From a bacterium (GTDB taxonomy: Bacteria; Fidelibacterota; Marinisomatia; Marinisomatales; UBA1611): 13,859 nucleotides of DNA. Positions 8,820-13,859 of the stretch are shown here, piece after piece (position 1 is the first letter of the stretch; each line of letters begins with the position of its first letter). Under the pieces are notes generated by a model. That model did no database searches. It was not told the origin of the DNA and saw only the letters and a program-made list of their open reading frames with translations. The position numbers were made by a program, and so were the translations under genes. The stretch is taken from contig JAYPIC010000043.1 in the NCBI GenBank assembly GCA_038127595.1, forward strand, positions 1 through 13,859. The letters run 5' to 3'.

Positions 8820-10295
8820 TTAATTCATTTTTGAACCATAGTCTAACTTATCATCGGAAGTAATAATTGGAAAGGAGGGGACGATAAATGGGTATGGAAG
8901 CCCCCTTTCTGTTACTAACATGTCAGTTGATGTGATTTCTATTTTTTCAAACATATCAGTGTTTATTTTAATAATATTAGAATATTTATTCTGCAAAGAA
9001 TCTATCATTCCATTATTCATGCTGTATTTCTTTTCTTTTTCAAGATTATTTTCATTTATTACATGAGACAAATATCTTTTACTGGCATATGCATCATTCC
9101 ACATATCAACATTCGTTGAAACTCTTACATCAGTATGCAAATTTTGCCCATAACATTTTTTATTTATTTCGAGATCTCTCATTAAGTCAGCAATGGCAAA
9201 TTTTAATTCTTGCCTAAATTCCCCTTCGCTCAGTTTTCTTTTTCTAAATACTAAAGGATGAGATTTTATTAGGCGGTTTAACTTTCCAACTGTTATAGGT
9301 TCTCCATTATAATTCAGAATGATATCATCAGGACTTACGTTTGCATCATTTTGAAAGCTTATTGTTTTGGGATTCTCTATTTCTTCCCATAAAAGTTTGT
9401 TTATTGCTTCTTTTTTCTCTTCAGGATCTTGTAAGTAGGTTTTAGATGCTTTGTATGCATACTGATCGAAAATATCAGAGTTAAATTCCATTTCATGACC
9501 TGACATTATCTGTTCGACAAATTTAATGTAAGAACTTTTTGCCTTGTTTTCTTTTATCAAATCTTTTACATCATTCCAGGTTTTTTCTTGGTCAACTGCA
9601 GAAATTAATTTTTTATCAGACCAGCCATTTACCCTCATCAGTAAAAAACTACCATCTTCATTTTCAAAAGGACCTATAATTTGATCTTTATAAATAGGCG
9701 CATCAAATAATTTTGAAAGTATAGCTTTATGTTCTTTATCAAAAAAATTTATTTTTTTGTTAGGCAAATCCTCGCCCCAAATAGAATCATAAATTTCTTC
9801 TAAAGAAATATTTTTTAATAATAAGTCATTTACTTTTTGTACAAAAATAAGATCTGGCAAGCTAATGTAACTAATGTCTACAGTTCTTCCAGCTACTTTG
9901 AACCTTTTTTTTATTAAGCTATCTGGAACACTAACCTTATTATAAAAGTTATCATAATAATATAATTTCCTCATTGCTTGCTCTTTTCTACCCTGCAAAA
10001 AATACTGGAAATTTTTACTTTTTAAGAGCTCATCATCTTTATCTTCCATTTCTAAAGCTGTTAGCTTTTCTGCAATCAAAGAATTCAAAATAATTTTTTT
10101 GTGTATATAATTTGACTGTCTACAATAATCTGGCCTAATAGTATATTCAGCTCGTCGTATAAAATCCTGTTTAGTAATGATTTTTTTTCCTACTTGCGCA
10201 AGAACATCAAGATCAAATTGAGGAATAGTGTTCTTTTTGGAACAGTTATTTAATAGGAGAGTAGTAAGAACTCCAAATAAGATCCGGAGCATCAT
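8820..10295 (-). CDS. Lipoprotein of SurA/PrsA (parvulin PPIase)-like architecture, apparently degenerate
   Basis: Signal peptide ends LLLNNC (Cys18). SurA-N-like VLAQVGKKIITKQDF...ILNSLIAEKL. Parvulin-like remnants RTVDISYI and QIIGPFENEDGSFLLMRV. A second SurA-N-like start occurs at DIILNYNGEPITVGKL. The ORF is solid; the family call is moderate. Confidence 0.6.
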   Translation of the reverse strand: MMLRILFGVLTTLLLNNCSKKNTIPQFDLDVLAQVGKKIITKQDFIRRAEYTIRPDYCRQSNYIHKKIILNSLIAEKLTALEMEDKDDELLKSKNFQYFLQGRKEQAMRKLYYYDNFYNKVSVPDSLIKKRFKVAGRTVDISYISLPDLIFVQKVNDLLLKNISLEEIYDSIWGEDLPNKKINFFDKEHKAILSKLFDAPIYKDQIIGPFENEDGSFLLMRVNGWSDKKLISAVDQEKTWNDVKDLIKENKAKSSYIKFVEQIMSGHEMEFNSDIFDQYAYKASKTYLQDPEEKKEAINKLLWEEIENPKTISFQNDANVSPDDIILNYNGEPITVGKLNRLIKSHPLVFRKRKLSEGEFRQELKFAIADLMRDLEINKKCYGQNLHTDVRVSTNVDMWNDAYASKRYLSHVINENNLEKEKKYSMNNGMIDSLQNKYSNIIKINTDMFEKIEITSTDMLVTERGLPYPFIVPSFPIITSDDKLDYGSKMN

Positions 10296-10301
10296 AAATG
10301 A

Positions 10302-11354
10302 TTAGAATGAAAATCCTAGAGTATATACATTAACATTTCCAAGAAGACCAATTGATTTATATGCATAATCAATAGAAACAAATTTATTCCCTACATAAAA
10401 TAATTTAAATCCTAACCCTGCTGTATATCCATATTCAGGTTTATCCATAAAAAGTGCTTTCATACCCGTTCTTAAACTAAATGTTCCTACACCTGGAATG
10501 GTATTGTCTAGTGCGGCACCCACATTAATAGATTCTGAATTATTATTTGGATGCAACGCATCAGCAGAGACTGTTAATTGTGTTATATTGTTTTTTATTG
10601 GTTTTAGTGCAACACCAATTCTAAAAATTAATGGTAGCTCCCAATCAGAAGGTCTAAACTGTCCAGGTACATCGCCATAATTACCTTCTTCATATTCTGA
10701 TATATCTATAGGTTGATAAATATCAATACCATCAAACCTCATTCTACTTCCATAGTTCGAAATACTCATACCAATATTTAAACCATCTTCTTTTTTTCCT
10801 GTAAAAGAAAAGAACTCTGTATTTACAAGCACCCCAAGATCAACAGCAACAGCACTTGCGGAACTATGCCATATATTTGACCGTACGTACTTTATTGTTG
10901 AACCAAAAGAAAACCATGAGACTAATTTACGAGAAAAAGTCAAAGAGGCAGCAATATCTGAAGCTGTAAAACTTTCACCAGTACCCTCTTGGTATTCCAA
11001 TGTGGTAACATCCATTTCTCCATAATTCATTTGTGTTAATCCAAAGCCGACATTACCTACTCGAGGTATGATAAGAGCTCCAGCCGTAAAGGACATGTTG
11101 ATCCCAGCTATCCAAGGCTGACTCATAAACGCCAACTTCGGCATATTCAATTTTGCTAAGCCTGCAGGATTCCAATAAATAGAAGATATATCATCAGACA
11201 CTGCAACAAAAGCATCTCCCATTGCACTACCTTCACTATCTACACCTATCTCTAAAAAATTCCCAGTCGTTGTCCCATACCTATGAATCATTTGTGCATG
11301 CAGCAACCCTACACTTAAAAACATTGTAATAATTATATGATTAAAGTATCTCAT
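10302..11354 (-). CDS. PorV/PorQ-family (UPF0164-like, FadL-fold) outer-membrane beta-barrel
   Basis: Signal peptide ends LLHA. Family N-terminal signature GTTTGNFLEIGVDSEGSAMGDAFVAVSDDISSIYWNPAGLA. Amphipathic strands (AVDLGVL, GMSISNYG, LPLIFRIGVA, IDYAY). BAM-type aromatic C-terminus YTLGFSF. Confidence 0.88.
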   Translation of the reverse strand: MRYFNHIIITMFLSVGLLHAQMIHRYGTTTGNFLEIGVDSEGSAMGDAFVAVSDDISSIYWNPAGLAKLNMPKLAFMSQPWIAGINMSFTAGALIIPRVGNVGFGLTQMNYGEMDVTTLEYQEGTGESFTASDIAASLTFSRKLVSWFSFGSTIKYVRSNIWHSSASAVAVDLGVLVNTEFFSFTGKKEDGLNIGMSISNYGSRMRFDGIDIYQPIDISEYEEGNYGDVPGQFRPSDWELPLIFRIGVALKPIKNNITQLTVSADALHPNNNSESINVGAALDNTIPGVGTFSLRTGMKALFMDKPEYGYTAGLGFKLFYVGNKFVSIDYAYKSIGLLGNVNVYTLGFSF

Positions 11355-11356
11355 TA
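11352..11356 (-). other. TAATG stop/start overlap (translational coupling) between the large CTD protein and the PorV-like gene
   Basis: The minus strand reads ...ATT AAA TAA TG AGA. TAA (11356-11354) shares its last A with ATG (11354-11352). Confidence 0.85.
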
Positions 11357-13858
11357 TTTAATTACAGCAAATTTTCCTATCTTAGTGTCACCTGTCTCAG
11401 ATGCTTCAATATGATAAATGTACATACCTGCTGCAATTTCTAAACTTTCTCTAGTCAACATATCCCAGTGAATAAGCCCATTCTCAGGTGAGTTATTAAC
11501 TTTTATTTCATCCACAAGTACGCCACTTACCGTAAAAATTTTAATATTACATTGTGCTGGTATATTTGTAAAAATAATCTTCCTTCTTTGATTCAAATAA
11601 GGGTTGGTCACAGCCTCTTCCATCATATTAGACATCACATATGGGTTTGGTACTACACGTATATCATCCATTGAACTTGATAACGCCTCCGTATCTAGGT
11701 CTTCAATGAAATTGACAGAAAAACGTATTGAGTCTGTTTTGAAAAATGGGCGCTTCCAATCTACCTGGTACACATCACCAGAATTTGGAATGGTTGTTTC
11801 GGTTGACAATTGAAAGTCCAAAACAAACGCAGTTGCTCGCCACCTTGTGCCAACAGTAGCACCAACAAATATCCTGTCTTCATATAGGTCGAAAACATCA
11901 TTATCATTAACATCATGTATTACAATATCCATAAGATCATAACTACCTGATTCATTAACAAATGATGTATTTTGAATATAAAAATTAACAGCCTGGTTAT
12001 TTATTTTTGAAGAACCAATTGAAGAACCATTTTCATCTCTAACTGTACCAGATGTGGCAATGCCCACATACTCATTATCATTATCAGTGAAAACAATTCT
12101 GTACGTCCAAGGCATTTTAATTCCTTCTGACATTGAAGGAGTAACTCTCATTATACCACTACCATTTATCCACCCAGAATTTTCATAACTATACTCAGGG
12201 ATTTCAACATAATCGCTTACTTGATATTGCAAACCAGCAAAAACATCAGAAGAAATATTTGTATTAGGATTAAGGGTCCAATAATCAACAGTATCTCTAT
12301 AAACTAAATTGTTACCAATAAACTTTGTAGCATTTTCACTATAAACTAATTCACCAAGTGTTAGGTCATGTACATTAATTCCACTAGTTGCATACTGAAT
12401 TCCATTATCATACCCACTAATAGTAGCTACAGTATCTATATCAAATGATATGACATAATCATGTCCTTTGTTAAGACTACCTTGTGCTCTTATTAAAGGT
12501 GAAACTATTCCAGTTCCTATGGTATTACTCTCCTCAATTTCGACTTCAGGTGGTATATACCCAGCTGCCCTTTGGTGTGGAGTAACAATGGCAATATTTT
12601 TACCTATTGATCTAATATTTTCATATTCATCGAGCTCGATTACTGCATTATTTTCCGATGGTGAAATACCAGGACCAATATCAGGTGCACCAAAATCATA
12701 AGCAACAATAGCATAATAATAGGTCCTACCATTCTGAACGGTATTATCTACAAATATATGAGTGATACCTGAATTATTACCAAGATTATAACCAGTGCCA
12801 TTAACTAAACCAAAATCAGTAAAACCGCTGCATTGGTGTTCCATGTTGTTTTGTGGATTAGGATTATGACCAGCACCGTCTATCATGTCACACTGATAAA
12901 TTGGCTTTTTAAATGTTGGCGTACCGTAGCCATCAGTTATTATCTCTGGATCTGCCATGTATTTGTCTGTCGCACGGTATACTTTATAACCTTCAAAATC
13001 ATTAATGTTGCCAACAAATGGATCTCTAGTCCTCGTATCTGCAATATCATCCCAAGTAAGAATGACTTCTCCGTCCCCTGCTGTAGCGGAAATTGTCGGC
13101 ATTTTAGGTGGTTGAGCAAACCTATAATCTTTTTCATAAATGACTTGTACTATTCTTTTCAATTCATATAAAGCGGGTGATTCATGTTCAGGACTATTTA
13201 ATCCAGCTAAGGGGTCATATGAATGGAGCTCAGCCATTGAAACTCTTTCAACACGACCTTGGAATAATGGAAAGGGTCCTGAAGCAAAAACCTCAACTAG
13301 GTTTGAAATGTTTCCCTCAAATTCTTCTAGAGTGTCGCCACCTACGATATCCCACATAACTTGATCGTTTTTAAACCACGCCGTTTCATTTGATGCTGCA
13401 TGACTCGGAATCGGGAACATTCGAAAAGAAGTAAGACCAACCATATCAGATTCGGAAACATCTGTGGTATTAAAATTTGGCTCACAACCAACGCCTTCAA
13501 GAAAATCAGGTTTATGGTTACACTCTGATCCGTCTGCATCAGGGCCAGTATAATTTAATTCGCCAGGAGCAACACCATCTATTCCGATGTCATCGCCAAA
13601 ATATTCAGAGAGTTGATATATACCATCGCCATTTAGATCTTCACCATCCTCCCAATCCTGATCTTCATCAGCATCCCAGTGCGGTTTGAGATCATCAGCT
13701 GTTAATTTATAATATTCAAGAAATGCATTAAGATCTGTAATACCATCAGTAGCGCCTACTATAGCAGTCGCTTCATTATCTCTTTTTTCATCGATCAACC
13801 CATCAAGATCATTATCGATCATATCATATGCAAGCCCCGGGCTTTCTAAATATGCAAA
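11354..13858 (-). CDS. Large acidic surface/secreted protein with Ca-binding-like DxDxDG loops, insertion-rich Fn3-like domain and variant T9SS-like CTD (5'-truncated by window edge)
   Basis: The frame stays open beyond the ATG at 13822 to the window end (FAYLESPGLAYDMIDNDLDGLIDE), and no signal peptide follows that ATG, so the true start is upstream. Motifs DNDLDG and DLNGDG. Fn3-like PP..P...AGDGEVILTWD..DFEGYKVYR..FVD.TVQNGRTYYYAIVAYD. CTD IRVVPNPY..IIFTNIP..IKIFTVSGVLVDEI..WDMLT..IAAGMYIYHIE..KIGKFAVIK. Confidence 0.8.
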   Translation of the reverse strand, partial: FAYLESPGLAYDMIDNDLDGLIDEKRDNEATAIVGATDGITDLNAFLEYYKLTADDLKPHWDADEDQDWEDGEDLNGDGIYQLSEYFGDDIGIDGVAPGELNYTGPDADGSECNHKPDFLEGVGCEPNFNTTDVSESDMVGLTSFRMFPIPSHAASNETAWFKNDQVMWDIVGGDTLEEFEGNISNLVEVFASGPFPLFQGRVERVSMAELHSYDPLAGLNSPEHESPALYELKRIVQVIYEKDYRFAQPPKMPTISATAGDGEVILTWDDIADTRTRDPFVGNINDFEGYKVYRATDKYMADPEIITDGYGTPTFKKPIYQCDMIDGAGHNPNPQNNMEHQCSGFTDFGLVNGTGYNLGNNSGITHIFVDNTVQNGRTYYYAIVAYDFGAPDIGPGISPSENNAVIELDEYENIRSIGKNIAIVTPHQRAAGYIPPEVEIEESNTIGTGIVSPLIRAQGSLNKGHDYVISFDIDTVATISGYDNGIQYATSGINVHDLTLGELVYSENATKFIGNNLVYRDTVDYWTLNPNTNISSDVFAGLQYQVSDYVEIPEYSYENSGWINGSGIMRVTPSMSEGIKMPWTYRIVFTDNDNEYVGIATSGTVRDENGSSIGSSKINNQAVNFYIQNTSFVNESGSYDLMDIVIHDVNDNDVFDLYEDRIFVGATVGTRWRATAFVLDFQLSTETTIPNSGDVYQVDWKRPFFKTDSIRFSVNFIEDLDTEALSSSMDDIRVVPNPYVMSNMMEEAVTNPYLNQRRKIIFTNIPAQCNIKIFTVSGVLVDEIKVNNSPENGLIHWDMLTRESLEIAAGMYIYHIEASETGDTKIGKFAVIK

Positions 13859-13859
13859 T

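Noticed and set aside
12629..12640. Palindrome ATCGAGCTCGAT, with related TCGAGCTC(GA) at 2655-2664 and 7881-7888
   Set aside because: All copies are inside CDS, irregularly spaced and short. There is no evidence for an operator or repeat family.
3511..13689. Sixteen short 60-112 aa ORFs in the track (e.g. 3511-3732, 4899-5111, 5776-6042, 7133-7369, 12833-13171, 13477-13689)
   Set aside because: All lie wholly within long, motif-supported CDS on the opposite strand or in another frame. They show no recognisable motifs and are best explained as shadow ORFs.
13832..13844. GC-rich inverted repeat AAGCCC-C-GGGCTT near the window end
   Set aside because: The 1-nt spacer cannot form a loop, and the sequence encodes the in-frame ESPGL segment of the large protein.
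11354..13858. Calling the large protein PorU because it precedes a PorV-like gene
   Set aside because: No gingipain/C25 peptidase motifs are recognisable in the visible 834 aa. The unseen N-terminal part cannot be assessed.
1..13859. CRISPR arrays, tRNA/rRNA/ncRNA genes, IS elements, prophage or defence genes
   Set aside because: There is no non-coding space, no periodic DNA repeats were seen, and none of the ORFs has transposase, integrase or nuclease motifs.

Overview
AT-rich (roughly one-third GC, estimated by eye), almost fully coding bacterial window with only about 33 intergenic bp. It holds 8 CDS. The 3' half of an M28 peptidase-PDZ gene (+ strand, cut by the left edge) converges on seven tightly packed minus-strand genes. 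In transcription order these are: a large acidic protein with a variant T9SS-like C-terminal domain (CTD; cut by the right edge), a PorV/PorQ-family beta-barrel, a degenerate SurA/PrsA-parvulin-like lipoprotein, a circularly permuted GH16 glucanase with malectin and T9SS CTD, a GH3 beta-glucosidase lipoprotein, a multidomain CotH kinase with T9SS/FlgD CTD, and an MltB-type lytic transglycosylase. The run reads as the downstream part of a beta-glucan utilisation locus built around T9SS-type parts, with no SusC/SusD pair visible in the window. Gene families and composition suggest a compact-genome FCB-group bacterium outside Bacteroidia (e.g. Marinimicrobia/Marinisomatota-like); this is inference. 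No RNA genes, CRISPR arrays or mobile elements were seen. All family calls come from motif recognition, not database searches.
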